NCBI GenBank assembly: GCA_051294375.1
Contig: CM119265.1
Coordinates: forward strand, 2,845,758 to 2,909,757
Direction of reading: 5' to 3'
DNA length: 64,000 bases
Source of the DNA: Paraspadella gotoi
Taxonomy: Eukaryota; Animalia; Chaetognatha
This document shows, one piece after another, positions 1 through 13,145 of the stretch (positions within the stretch are counted from its first letter, which is position 1; each line of letters begins with the position of its first letter). Below the pieces are notes generated by a model. That model saw only the letters and a list, made by a program, of their open reading frames with translations. It searched no databases and was not told the origin of the DNA. The position numbers and the translations under genes were made by a program.

Positions 1-66
1 TATTTTTTCTTTTTTCTTTAATATTTCTTTTTATACATAATTAAAAATGATTGTTTCCCTTTTCAG

Positions 67-570
67 AAATCTACCTATATACAAAATATCGCGTTGCAAC
101 AAAGTAAGAATGTCCCAAGGATTTTGAAAAATGGTGAGATAACCACTCTTCGAATTTATTTAATTGTAAAATTAGTACTAGTAATATTAGTATACTTAAA
201 CATTAATTTATACATGTTTAAAACAATAGATGACTGCGACCCGGTGCGATTATTTTCTCTCATCTTCGAATGTATTCGTTAATGAAGAAAATATGTTTTG
301 CCAAGATTAGTGAATGAGGGCTCTCGAATTTCTCAGAACGCACAGCCGTGCCGCGGAAGATGTAAAGCGTCGAGGCTTCGTCGATGTGAATGATGCCAGT
401 TTTCCAAGGTTCTCCGTTTGGATGTTACGGAATCTCTGATTACGAACACGAAGGAAAGGAAACGACATTTTATTGATCGGCAAAATCAGAGTGTGGAGGA
501 ATTGCGACTGATGAGGGAAAACCAATGCAAACGGCTTGTATTGCTCCGTGGAACAAAAACCGTAAATGAT
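67..570 (+). CDS. Gene X, last two exons (copy A, error-rich)
   Basis: Direct repeat of ~7058-7556 with many 1-bp indels. Confidence 0.55.
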
Positions 571-1924
571 TGGATAATTGTGATTCAAACTAATAACTAT
601 TCCTAATGTAAGAGTAAAATTTTTATTCTTTTTGTCGAACTGCTTTCTCATAAAACTAGTGTATAACGACGATATCAGTGGCTGGAAAAATGAGTAAATG
701 ACCTTTGCTAACTCAAAATTAAGCAAAAACATTAATCAAATTGAAATTATTTTGTGCAGCATTTAATTTTGTTCAACGAGAACGATGAATGAAACTAATG
801 AAAAAAAAAGAGTTTGTTTGAAATGTAAAACAGACATTCAGGTTATTTCTAATGTCATATCATGTTGAAGACAAAATGAGTTATAAAATTATTATCATTA
901 TCTGTCTGTCCATCAATTGATCGAAGTTGACTAGCATTTTCTATTGAATGATAGAATTAACGATGATGACGATGATGATGCATGATGAATAAAGACCGAA
1001 TAATGTGGAAGGCGATGATAACGTTGATTAATTATGATGATAATGAAGATAATGAAGACAAAAAAATATAGTTTTTTTATCATTATTCTATGTGCTGTTA
1101 CAATAATGGATTCAAAAACAGTGCATCGGTTTGTATGTAAGATAGTTCAATGTTAATGGATAAAAAGTTTGACTAGAAAAAAGAGAAGCGAATAATTAAA
1201 TAAATAATAAAATAAATAAATAAATAAATAAATAAATGAATGAGATCGAAATGATTGAGGTTAAATTATTAAATTCATTTTTAAAAGAAATTTAAAAACG
1301 GGTAGTTAGTAGTTACAAAAAGCTCATAATTTACTATGCAACTCTCTGAAATGCAACAAAACATTTCTTTTTAATACCCGTAATTTTTCTAGAAATTTAA
1401 ATAAAAGTTGTTAAATTTAAATTCATGTCTAAAATTTCATTCAAAGTAATTTTGAATTAGCTTTATTACAAAATTCATTTAGGACAAAAATATTCTAAAT
1501 TTTAAAAAAAATTATATAGCGGTTGTACCTAACATAAAATGTTTCAAAATTACAAAAAAAAACTTTTGCCAAAAATTGATGTATTGTTTTTTTAAAAACT
1601 AAAGACAAAAATATGAAACTTTTTTCCCTGCCAGCGTTTATATGCAACTAACAATTCAAGATATCTTTAAACAATCAAGGTTTTAGCAGAACGCGCTAAT
1701 AATATAATGCATATTTTAAGTTTTTTGCATAAAAAAATCTGAAATCAATAAAAAAATTCAGTCAAGAATCACGAAAATTGAGTTAAAAAAAAATCATGAA
1801 TTTTCGTCTAAAATGAGTTGTTGGGGAGAGGGGGGGGGGCGAGGAGAAAGGAGCGGCGTTGATTGGACAAATTTGAGAAACGAAAGGGAAATTTGGAAAG
1901 TCGAGAATAGGAAAGAAGAGAGAG

Positions 1925-1958
<34 letters not shown>

Positions 1959-2096
1959 TGAGAGTAGAGTAGGAGGATAAAGGTTTTTGTGTCTGGAGAG
2001 AGAAGAGCGAGAGAGAGAGAGAGAGAAAGAAAGATACAAGGTTTGCGTCCTGAGGCGAAGACCTCAGTTTACTTCGAAATGTTGGACCTCTTGGTT

Positions 2097-3514
2097 TCAT
2101 CCGGGTTCGGTCGACGAGGAGTTCCAAAGGTTCGTCAAGGTTGATCACTGCGACTTTCGTTTTTCTTCATTCGATCCCGGCCGGAGTCGTTCCTGGGATT
2201 GGATTTGATTGATCGAATGATTGGTTAAAGCTTTAACTTTATTGACTAATTATTTCTATGACCTATAATAAGTATTTCTTCTATTTAAAAAAAATGATCG
2301 ATTGCGTATTCATTGGCTGCAATTGGATTGATGTTTTTTCACCTGAGCCGTTTTTTTTCTCAAACGAAAAGCATGGAAATCGGTCTGCTGTCTGTTGACC
2401 GCGTAGAAACATCGAGTGATCGGGTATCTCCAATTCTTTTTAAAAAAAAAGAAAATTTTAATAAATCACTACGTGTAAAATAGTATTAAACTTTATGAGT
2501 AACGAAAGTATAGTCGGCAGATTCTTGGAAATTGCGGGAGCAACCCACGACGCGCCACCAGAATACAACCCAAAATAAAAATACAATTACATACGGCACG
2601 CTTTCCTGAAAATGAGGTTAAAAAAAAAACAACCGAAAGATTTCCTTAGCTTAATTTTAATAATAAAAATATAATTTTAACCAAATGAAATGAAATTCAT
2701 TATTTTAAACTTAATTTTAAATAATGAATTTTCATTATTTGTTAAAATTCCTTTAACTTTTGAAAAGTACAATGTATGGATTTTTGAAATCATAACAGAT
2801 CTTCCAGATTTAAATGCCTCTTGTCATCTGCACCAATCATCTCCCTCTTACTTTATCTCTCTCTCTTTACCTTCTTTCTTCTCTCCTACTCTCTCCTCTT
2901 TTAACTTCTCTACTTCCCCCTATTTCTTTCTCACCTCTCTCTGGCAGAACTTGCAAGAGGCAAAAGTCTCCGGTGATCTTCTTCCTCAGTTGTGTTCTCT
3001 GAGATCTGCTGATGACTGTCCGTCGTCTTGTCCATATTCTTCACCATGTTCTGCAAGAATTCGGCTCAAATTTTTTCAACGATTTCGTCCGAGTGGATGA
3101 GTGAGGATTGGTCGGCACTGTTTTCCGAAGCGCCCAATTTATCGACTCCCTTAAGCAACTAAAATCTTAAACAAAACCCCTCACTTACGTCCATCACTCT
3201 ATCTGTTTAGCTCAGTCTGTCTGTCCTTCTCACCCCCTTGTAGTGATTGGTGTCGTCGTTGCCGTCGCATTCCACAGGCGACTCGTATCACGCAGAAATC
3301 CGCTGCGACAAGAAAAAAAAAGAAAAAGATGAAGATTGTGACTTTTTTTGGCGTCGTCGTCGGTCGTCGTCATCGTCGTCGTTATCGTCGTCGTGCGTTA
3401 TCTCTCTCTCCCATTTCCACTTGATTGAGTCGACTCAAGATCTTCTGACACGAAAGCAAATTATTAATTTTTTGACCGCTTTTAAATGTTTCATCTCTGC
3501 AGTCGCACAGTCTC

Positions 3515-3545
<31 letters not shown>

Positions 3546-4293
3546 TCATCGTCTCTCTCTCGTCTCTCTCTCTCTCATCTCTCTCTCTCTCTCTCTCTTC
3601 TCTCTCTGACCACGTCTTAAAGGGACAGTCCTAACTCAGACGAATGATGAGACGATGGGACGAGTTTGGAGGACGATCCGAAACCCTTCGTCGACGAAGG
3701 CCGTCTTGGGGGAGTTTTTGGGGAACTCGGCAGCGGAGTGGCTCGTCGAGTGGAGAAGCTGACTCTGAGTCTGGGGGGTTGGAAAGGGCAGGTGGGCGTG
3801 GGAGTAGGAATTGGGCGTGAGTAGAGAAAAGAGTGGGAGGAAGAGGTAAGGAAAGAAAGGTAGTTGGAGGGAAGGAAACTTAATGCAATATTATATATAA
3901 ATGAACGAAATTCTTGATTTTGCTATTTTTTAAGCAAATGATACCTAATAATAAAGATATTAATTGCATATATTTAAAACTGAACAAAGTAATAAATTAA
4001 TAAGAACTAAACGAATAACGCAAAGAACGAATAATTTGAAAGAACGTTTGGAATGAACAAAAGAATAAAGGAAGACTAACTTAACTAACGAACGAACGAA
4101 CGAACAATAGAACGAGAACACGAACGGAACGAACGAACCGAAACAGAGACGCGAAATAACCAGAGACGAAGGAACGAAGAAAAGAAACGGAGCCCGTGAC
4201 TGAGGCCCGGGCTGTGCCTCCTCGCGACTCAGCCAAAGATTTGCCAGTTGATACATCCGAGTTCAGAAGGAAAGAATCCTCATTCCGAATAAT
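2097..4293 (-). CDS. RalGDS/RGL-like Ral GEF, 3' exons (copy A, error-rich)
   Basis: Same RA-domain exons as copies B and C, plus two putative upstream Ser/Pro-rich exons (~4190-4293 and ~3611-3772) with CAG acceptors; their reading frame is uncertain because of indels. Confidence 0.75.
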
Positions 4294-4444
4294 CTGTGGG
4301 TCGGGGGTTGTGGGGGGGGGTTGACAGGGTGGAGAGAGATTGTGGGGGTTTTGGTGGGCCAAAGTGTTGGGGGGGGGTGGGGGAGTTGGATGTGTGAGAT
4401 CGGTGAGGAATATTGGCAAGGGAAGATAAGCGGAAAAATGAGAG

Positions 4445-4509
<65 letters not shown>

Positions 4510-5087
4510 AGAGGATTGGCTGAGTTCGCGAGGGAGGCACAGCCCGGCCTCAGTCACGGGTCCGTCCATTTCTCTTTTATTCGTTCGTTCGTTCGTTCGT
4601 TCGTTCTATTGTTCGTTCGTTCGTTCGTTAGTTAGTTAGTTCCTTCCTTTATTCTTTTTATCATTCCGTTCTTTCATTTATTCGTTCTTTGGTTATTCGT
4701 TTAGTTTTATTAATTTTATTACTGTTCAGTTTTAAATATTGATTAATATCTTTATTATTAGGTATCAATTTGTTAAAAAATAGCAAAATCAAGAATTTCG
4801 TTCATTTTATTATAATAATTGATTAAGTTTCTTCCCTCACTACCTTTCTTTCCTTTACCTCTTCCTCCCACTCTTTTCTCTACTCACGCCCATTCCTACT
4901 CTCCACCGCCACCACCCTTTCCAACCCCCCAGACTCAGAGTCCAGCTTCTCCCACTCGACGAGCCACTCCGCGCCGAGTTCCCCCAAAAACTCCCCCAAG
5001 ACGGCCTTTCGTCGACGAAGGGTTTCGGGATCGTCCTCCAACTCGTCCATCTCTCATCATTCGTCTGAGTTGGACTGTCCCTTTAAG
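3617..5087. repeat. Fold-back (arms ~3617-4236 and ~4516-5087)
   Basis: Reverse-complement arms differing mostly by 1-bp indels; ends at a 25-N gap. Confidence 0.93.
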
Positions 5088-5130
5088 NNNNNNNNNNNNN
5101 NNNNNNNNNNNNAAAAAAAGAGAGAGGGAT

Positions 5131-7556
5131 TCGGTGGGACTTTCCGGTTTGTCTTTGGCTGATTGCTCCGTTCTCGTTGCAGGGAGTAAACATTTGATAC
5201 ATATTGACTTTGCCTCTAGACAAATAATAGATTTCTGGTTTATATTTTTCTGGTTTATATTCTGGGTTTATACATCCGCTACTTTTTAAACTTCTTTTTA
5301 CATTATTTTAAGCTCAAAAATGAATATAAAGTGCAAAATATTTATATTACCCTTTTCCTCTTACGATTAATGTTTCTTCTTTTCTCTTGTTTAATCTTAA
5401 CAAATATAATCCTAGCCGTAAGTCCGAATTTAAAAATTTTGACTGTTTCAGTTTATGAAAACAATACACATAAATATAACCATAAAAATAAAAATAAAAA
5501 TAAACCCATAAAATAAAAATAAACATAAAATAAAATAAAAAATAAACCATAAAAATAGTAGGAAGCATTCTAAAAGTGAGTAAAGTAACTATATAATCTT
5601 CGCTAATTTTGTTAAATTTTGAAATGAAAATTCGACATTTTACCAACTGAAGTTTACGTCGATTCAAACCAAAAATATCGAAAAGCTAAGAATCAATTCC
5701 AAAGTCGCTTGCGCAGTTTATTCTCAATTTAAGAAAGGAGTTGCTTTTTTCGTTCAAGTAGATTATTATTTAATTATTTAATTTTTAATTAATAATTAAA
5801 TTTACCTATGCTAATTAATTTTTTGAAATAATTAAATTTATTTCAATATACAATCTAAAATAGGGTAAAATTTTTAAGGGAACCTTTTGATGATAAACAA
5901 ATGAAGCTTGTGTGCAATATTGTCAAGTTTACCGAATCTGATACGAATGCTCTAACGATTGTTAAAGCTTATCAGACATCAAATATTGAAGGTAAGCAAT
6001 ATTATATTTTTTAAAATAAATTAATTTTTTAAACAATCTTATAATAATATCGATTCAAAGAAAATCTACAAATATGAGCAAATTACTTCTAAAAAATGGT
6101 GATAACATTGAATTCACTAGATATTATAACCCGATATAAGTATTTTGAATTAATTTACTATTTTAAAAATTAAACTAATTTTATTAAATATAAATTAATA
6201 AATTCTAATACATTTATTAAATTTATTAAATCTAAGAAAATATAAGATTTCTCTAAATGTGCGTACTAAATGATGAAACGAAATCATTGCTTTTGAAAGA
6301 ATATTTAAAATAAATAAATTTCAGAACCATCCCCTCTCCCCTTAAAGGACTTCAACACATCGATGATCCGCCGATGTCACCATCCCGGTCCTTGTCTCAA
6401 GAGATGTCCTCAAAGACAGGGATTTCAAGGTCACGCCATGCTCCGAGCGAAGCTTTGCTAAATTGCGTTACGCTTAAACGAAACTCGACGCGGCGCAAAT
6501 TGGGAATCTGGAAATATCGAAGAACTTCCCAATTTTTTTTTCATCACTTTTCCCGAAACGAAGTAGATTTTATCAATTGAAAAAATATTTTTAAAAAATG
6601 AATTAATGAAGTTGTAGTGGACCTAGAGGACTTGGGTTAAGAGGACGAGGCGCTTCACACCCCCCCCTGCAGCCTTATCTCAAACTTAGGGACTGCTTAT
6701 AATAATCGGTATCATCACACAATTATATCATGTCTCTTCAATACATTAATAATTAAGCTATGAGGTTGTATAGTAGGGTGGAGTGATGAAAAAATTGAGC
6801 GATTGAACATTATTTTTTTGATGCCTATGGACATGTAATTAATGAATTTTTAAATCCTTTAAAAAACTTTTTTCGCCTAACATTATAGTAAATTCAATTA
6901 TTTACGTAGTAAGGCAGTCGGATTAAGGCTGACAACGCCGCATATTTTATTTGAAAAACTCACGGTTATTTTGTCCTTTTAGAATTTTTATTATTTTTTC
7001 TTTTTCTTTAATATTTCTTTTTTATACATAATTAAAAATGATTGTTTCCCTTTTCAGAAATTACCTATATACAAAATTCGCTTGCAACAAAGTGAAGAAT
7101 GTCCCAAGGATTTTGAAAAATGGTGAGATAACCACTCTTCGAATTTATTTAATTGTAAAAATTAGTACTAGTAATATTAGTATACTTAAACATTAATTAT
7201 AACATGTTTAAAACAATAGATGACTGCGACCCGGGCGATTATTTTCTCTCATCTTACGAAGTATTCGTTAATGAAAGAAAAATGTTTTGCCAAGATTAGT
7301 GAATGAGCTCTCGACATTTTCTCGAACCACAACCGTGGCCGCGGAAGATGTAAAGCGTCGAGGCTTCGTCGATGTGATGATGCCAGTTTTCCAAGGTTCT
7401 CCGTTTGGATGTTACGGAATCTCGATTACGAACACGAAGGAAAGGAAACGACATTTTATTGATCGGCAAAATCAGAGGTGTGGAGGAATTGCGACTGATG
7501 AGGGAAACCAATGCAAACGGCTTGTATTGCTCCGTGGAACAAAAAACCGTAAATGA
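5131..7556 (+). CDS. Gene X, 5'-truncated duplicate (copy B)
   Basis: Reverse complement of 13146-15565 with the same exons; begins just after the 25-N gap. Confidence 0.6.
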
Positions 7557-8165
7557 TTGATAATTGTGATTCAAACTAATAACTATTCCTAATGTAATAG
7601 TAAATTTTTATTCTTTTTGTCGAACTGCTTTCTCAAATAAAACTAGTGTATACGACGATATCAGTGGCTGGAAAAATGAGTAAATGACTTGCTAACTCAA
7701 AATTAAGCGAAAAACATTAATCAAATTGAAATTATTTTGTGCACATTTAATTTTATTCAACGAGAACGATGAATGAAACTAATGAAAAAAAAAGAGTTTG
7801 TTTGAAATGTAAAACAGACATTCAGGGTTATTTCTATGTCATATCGTTGAAGACAAAATGAGTTATCATTATTATCATTATCTTGTCTGTCATAATTGAT
7901 GACGAAGTTGACTAGCATTTTCTATTGAATGATAGAATTAACGATGATGACGATGATGATGCAGATGATAAAGACGATAATGTGGAAGGCGATGATAACG
8001 TTGATAATTATGATGATAATGAAGATAATGAAGACAAAAAAATATAGTTTTTTTTATCATTATTCTATGTGTGTAAATAATGGATTCAAAAACAGTGCAT
8101 CGGTTGTTGTAAATAGTTTAATGTTATGGATAAAAAGTTTGACTAGAAAAAAGAGAAGCGAATAA

Positions 8166-8205
<40 letters not shown>

Positions 8206-8900
8206 ATGAATTGAGATCGAAATGATTGAGGTTAAAATTATTAAATTCATATTTTAAAAAGAATTAAAAACGGGTAGTTAGTAGTTACAAAAAGCTCATA
8301 ATTTACTATGAACTCTCTGAAATGCAACAAAAACATTTTTCTTTTTAATCCGCGTAATTTTTCTAGAAATTTAATAAAAGTTTGTTAAATAAATTCATGT
8401 CTAAAATTTCATTCACAAGTAATTTTGAATTAGCTTTATTACAAAATTCATTTAGGACAAAAATATTCTAAATATTTAAAAAAAATTAATATAGCGTTGT
8501 ACCTAACATAAAATGTTCAAAATTACAAAAAAAAACTTTTGGCCAAAAATTGATGTATTGTTTTTTAAAATAAAGACAAAAATATGAAACCTTTTTTCCC
8601 TGCCAGCCTTTATATCAACTAAAATTCAAGAATATCTTTAAACAATCAAGGTTTTAGAGAACCGATAATAATATAATCATAATTTAAGTTTTTTGCATAA
8701 AAAATCTGAAATCATAAAAAAATTCAGTCAAGAATCACGAATTGAGTTAAAAAAAATCATGAATTTCGTCTAAAATGAGTCGTTGGGGAGAGGGGGGGGG
8801 GCGAGGAGAAAGGAGCGGCGTTGAATTGGACAAATTTGAGAAACGAAAGGGAAATTTGGAAAGTCGAGAATAGGAAAGAAGAGAGAGAGAGAGAGAGAAG

Positions 8901-8942
<42 letters not shown>

Positions 8943-8958
8943 AAAGGTTTTTGTGTCT

Positions 8959-8994
<36 letters not shown>

Positions 8995-9057
8995 AAGATA
9001 CAAGGTTTGCGTCTGAGGCGAAGACTCAGTTACATTCGAAATGTTGGACTCTTGGTT

Positions 9058-10253
9058 TCATCCGGGGTTCGTCGACGAGGAGTTCCAAAGGTTCGTCAAA
9101 GGTTTGATCACTCGACTTTCGTTTTTCTTTCATTCGATCCCGGCGGAGTCGTTCCTGGGATTGATTTTGATTGATCGAATGATTGGTTAAAGCTTAACTT
9201 TGATTGACTAATTTTTTCTATGACCTGATAATAAGTATTTCTTCTATTAAAAAAAATGATCGATTGCTGTATTCCATTGGCTCAATTGGATTGATGTTTT
9301 TTTCACCTGAGCCGTTTTTTTCTCAAACGAAAAGCATGGAAATCGGTCTGCTGTCTGTTGACCGCGTAGAAAACATTCGAGTGATCGGGTATCTCCAATT
9401 CTGTTTTAAAAAAAAGAAAATTTAATATAATCACTACGTGTAAAATAGTATTAAACTTTATGAGAACGAAAGTATAGTTCGGAGATTTCTTGGAAATGCG
9501 GGAGCAACCCACCACCGCCACCCAGAATAAACCAAAATAAAAATAAATTACATACCCGCTTTCCCTGAAAATGAGGTAAAAAAAAAAACAGAAAGATTGC
9601 CCTTAGCTTAATTTTAATAATAAAAATAATAATTTTAACCAATGAAATGAAATTCATTATTTTAAATTAATTTTAAATAATGAATTTCATTAATTTGTAA
9701 AATTCCTTTAACTTTTGAAAAGTACAATGTATGGATTTTTGAAATATAACAGATCTTCCAGATTTAAATGCCTCTCTGTCATCTCACCAATCATCTCCCT
9801 CTTACTTATCTCTCTCTTTTACTTCTCTTACTTCTCTCCTACTCTCTCCTCTTTTACTTCTCTTACTTCCCCTCTATTTCCTTTCTCACCTCTCTCTGGC
9901 AGAACTTGCAAGAGGCAAAAGTCTCGGTGATCTTCTTCCTCCATGTTGTGTTCTTGAGGATCTGCTGATGACTGTCGTCGTCTTGTCCATATTCTTCACC
10001 ATGATTCTGCAAGAATTCGGCCAAATTTTTTCAACGATTTCGTCCGAGTGGATGAGTGAGGATTGGTCGGCACTGTTTCCGAAAGCGCCCAATTTATCGA
10101 CTCCCTTAACACTAATCCTTAAAGCCAAAACCCTCACATTACCGTCCATCACTCTATCTGTTAGTCAGTCTGTCTGTCCTTCTCACCCCTTGTAGTGATT
10201 GGTGTCGTCGTTGCCGTCGCATTCCACAGCGACTCGTATCACGCAGAAATCCG
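9058..10253 (-). CDS. RalGDS/RGL-like gene, RA-domain exons (copy B)
   Basis: Spliced exons read DFCVIRVAVECDGNDDTNHYKG/IMVKNMDKTTTVIxQILKKHNMEEEDHRDFCLLQVLPER/ELEIPDHSNVFYAVNRQQTDFHAFRLRKKR. This matches the RalGDS-family C-terminal RA domain pattern (CIIRV...YKSILV...DK...KHNL...IPxxxNVFYA). Confidence 0.85.
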
Positions 10254-10453
10254 CTGCGGACAAGAAAAAAAAAGAGAAAAAGATGAAGATTGTGACTTTT
10301 TTGGCGTCGTCGTCGTCGTCGTCATCGTCGTCGTTATCGTCGTCGTCGTTATCGTCTCTCTCCATTTCAACTGATTGAGTCGACCTCAAGATTTCTGACA
10401 CGAAAGCAAATTTATTAATTTTTTGCGCTTTTAAATGTTTCATCTCTCAGTCG

Positions 10454-10549
<96 letters not shown>

Positions 10550-10701
10550 CGTCGTGTCAGAAGATCTTGAGGTCGACTCAATCAAGTTGAAATGGAGAGA
10601 GACGATAACGACGACGACGATAACGACGACGATGACGACGACGACGACGACGCCAAAAAAGTCACAATCTTCATCTTTTTCTTTTTTTTTTCTTTCCGCA
10701 G

Positions 10702-11801
10702 CGGATTTCTGCGTGATACGAGTCGCTGTGGAATGCGACGCCAACGACCACACCAATCACTACAAGGGGTGAGAAGGACAGACAGACCGGCTAACAGATA
10801 GAGTGATGGACGATAATGTGAGGGTTTTGGTTTTAAGTAGTAGTGTTAAGGGAGTCGATAAATTGGGCGCTTTCGGAAAACAGTGCCGACCAATCCTCAC
10901 TCATTCCACTCGGACGAAATCGTTTGAAAAATTTGGCCGAATTCTTGCAGAATCATGGTGAAGAATATGGACAAGACGACGACAGTCATCAGGCAGATCC
11001 TCAAGAAACACAACATGGAGGAAGAAGATCACCGAGACTTTTGCCTCTTGCAAGTTCTGCCAGAGAGAGGTGAGAAAGGAAATAGAGGGGAAGTAAGAGA
11101 AGTAAAAGAGGAGAGAGTAGGAGAGAAGTAAGAGAAGTAAAAGAGGAGAGATAAGTAAGAGGTAGATGATTGGTGAGATGACAGAGAGGCATTTAATATC
11201 TGGAAGATCTGTTAGATTTCAAAAATCCATACTTTGTGCTTTTCAAAAGTTAAAGGAATTTNNNNNNNNNNAAATGAATGTCATATCATTGGTTAAAATT
11301 ATTATTTTTATTATTAAAATTAAGCTAAGGCAATCTTTCGTTGTTTTTTTTTTTTACTCATTTTCAGGGGAAAGCGGGTATGTTAATTTATTTTTTTTTG
11401 GGTTATTCTGGTGGCGGTGGTGGGTTGCCCCGCATTTCCAAGAAATCTCCGAACTATACTTTCGTTCTCATAAAGTTTAATACTATTTTACACGTAGTGA
11501 TTTATATTAAATTTTCTTTTTTTTTAAACAGAATTGGAGATACCCGATCACTCGAATGTTTTCTACGCGGTCAACAGAGCAGACGATTCCATGCTTTTCG
11601 TTTTGAGAAGAAAAACGGCTCAGGTAAAAAAAACATCAATCAATTGAGCCAATCGAATACAGCAATCGATCATTTTTTTTAATAGAAGAAATACTTATTA
11701 TCAGGTCATAGAAAATAATTAGTCAATCAAAGTAAGCTTTAACCAATCATTCGATCAATCGAATCAATCCCAGGAACGACTCCGCCGGGATCGAATGAAA
11801 G
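10702..11801 (+). CDS. RalGDS/RGL-like gene, RA-domain exons (copy C, inverted arm)
   Basis: Exons ~10702-10768, 10951-11069, 11532-11623 and 11774 onward with canonical AG/GT sites; the last runs into an N gap. Confidence 0.85.
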
Positions 11802-13145
11802 NNNNNNNNNNNNNNNNNNNNNNNNNNNNNNNNNNNNNNNNNNNNNNNNNNNNNNNNNNNNNNNNNNNNNNNNNNNNNNNNNNNNNNNNNNNNNNNNNNN
11901 NNNNNNNNNNNNNNNNNNNNNNNNNNNNNNNNNNNNNNNNNNNNNNNNNNNNNNNNNNNNNNNNNNNNNNNNNNNNNNNNNNNNNNNNNNNNNNNNNNNN
12001 NNNNNNNNNNNNNNNNNNNNATGATATATTATTATCGGTTCTCTAAACCTTGATTGTTAAAGATATTCTTGAATTTTTAGTTGATATAAAGGCTGGCAGG
12101 GAAAAAAGGTTTTCATATTTTTGTCTTTATTTTAAAAAACAATACATCAATTTTTGGCAAAAAGTTTTTTTTTGTAAATTTTGAACATTTTATGTTAGGT
12201 ACAACGCTATACAATTTTTTTTCAATATTTAGAAATATTTTTGTCCTAAATGAATTTTGTAATAAGCTAATTCAAAATTACTTGTGAATGAAATTTTAGA
12301 CATGAATTTATTTAACAAACTTTTATTAAATTTCTAGAAAAATTACGGGATTAAAAAGAAAATGTTTTTGTTGCATTTCAGAGAGTTCATAGTAATTATG
12401 AGCTTTTTGTAACTACTAACTACCCGTTTTTAATTCTTTTAAAATCTTTTAAAATATGAATTTAATAATTTTAACCTCAATAATTTCGATCTCAATTCAT
12501 TTATTTAATTATTTATTTATTTATTTAATTATTCGCTTCTCTTTTTTCTAGTCAAACTTTTTATCCATAAACATTAAACTATTTTACATACAACCGATGC
12601 ACTGTTTTTGAATCCATTATTTACACACATAGAATAATGATAAAAAAAAAAACTATATTTTTTTGTCTTCATTATCTTCATTATCATCATAATTATCAAC
12701 GTTATCATCGCCTTCCACATTATCGTCTTTATCATCTGCATCATCATCGTCATCATCGTTAATTCTATCATTCAATAGAAAATGCTAGTCAACTTCGTCA
12801 ATTATGACAGACAAGATAATGATAATAATGATAACTCATTTTGTCTTCAACGATATGACATAGAAATAACCCTGAATGTCTGTTTTACATTTCAAACAAA
12901 CTCTTTTTTTTTCATTAGTTTCATTCATCGTTTCTCGTTGAATAAAAATTAAATGTGCACAAAATAATTTCAATTTGATTAATGTTTTTTCGCTTAATTT
13001 TGAGTTAGCAAAGTCATTTACTCATTTTTCCAGCCACTGATATCGTCGTATACACTAGTTTTATTGAGAAAGCAGTTCGACAAAAAAGAATAAAAATTTA
13101 CTATTACATTAGGAATAGTTATTAGTTTGAAATCACAATTATCAA

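Noticed and set aside
1783-4635. Ser/Leu- or Arg/Glu-repeat ORFs (also 47303-48588)
   Set aside because: (CT)n/(GA)n microsatellite translations.
10592-10700. Poly-Asp or poly-Thr ORF (also 10260-10370 and 3305-3420)
   Set aside because: (GAC)n microsatellite upstream of a strong acceptor at 10701, so most likely intronic.
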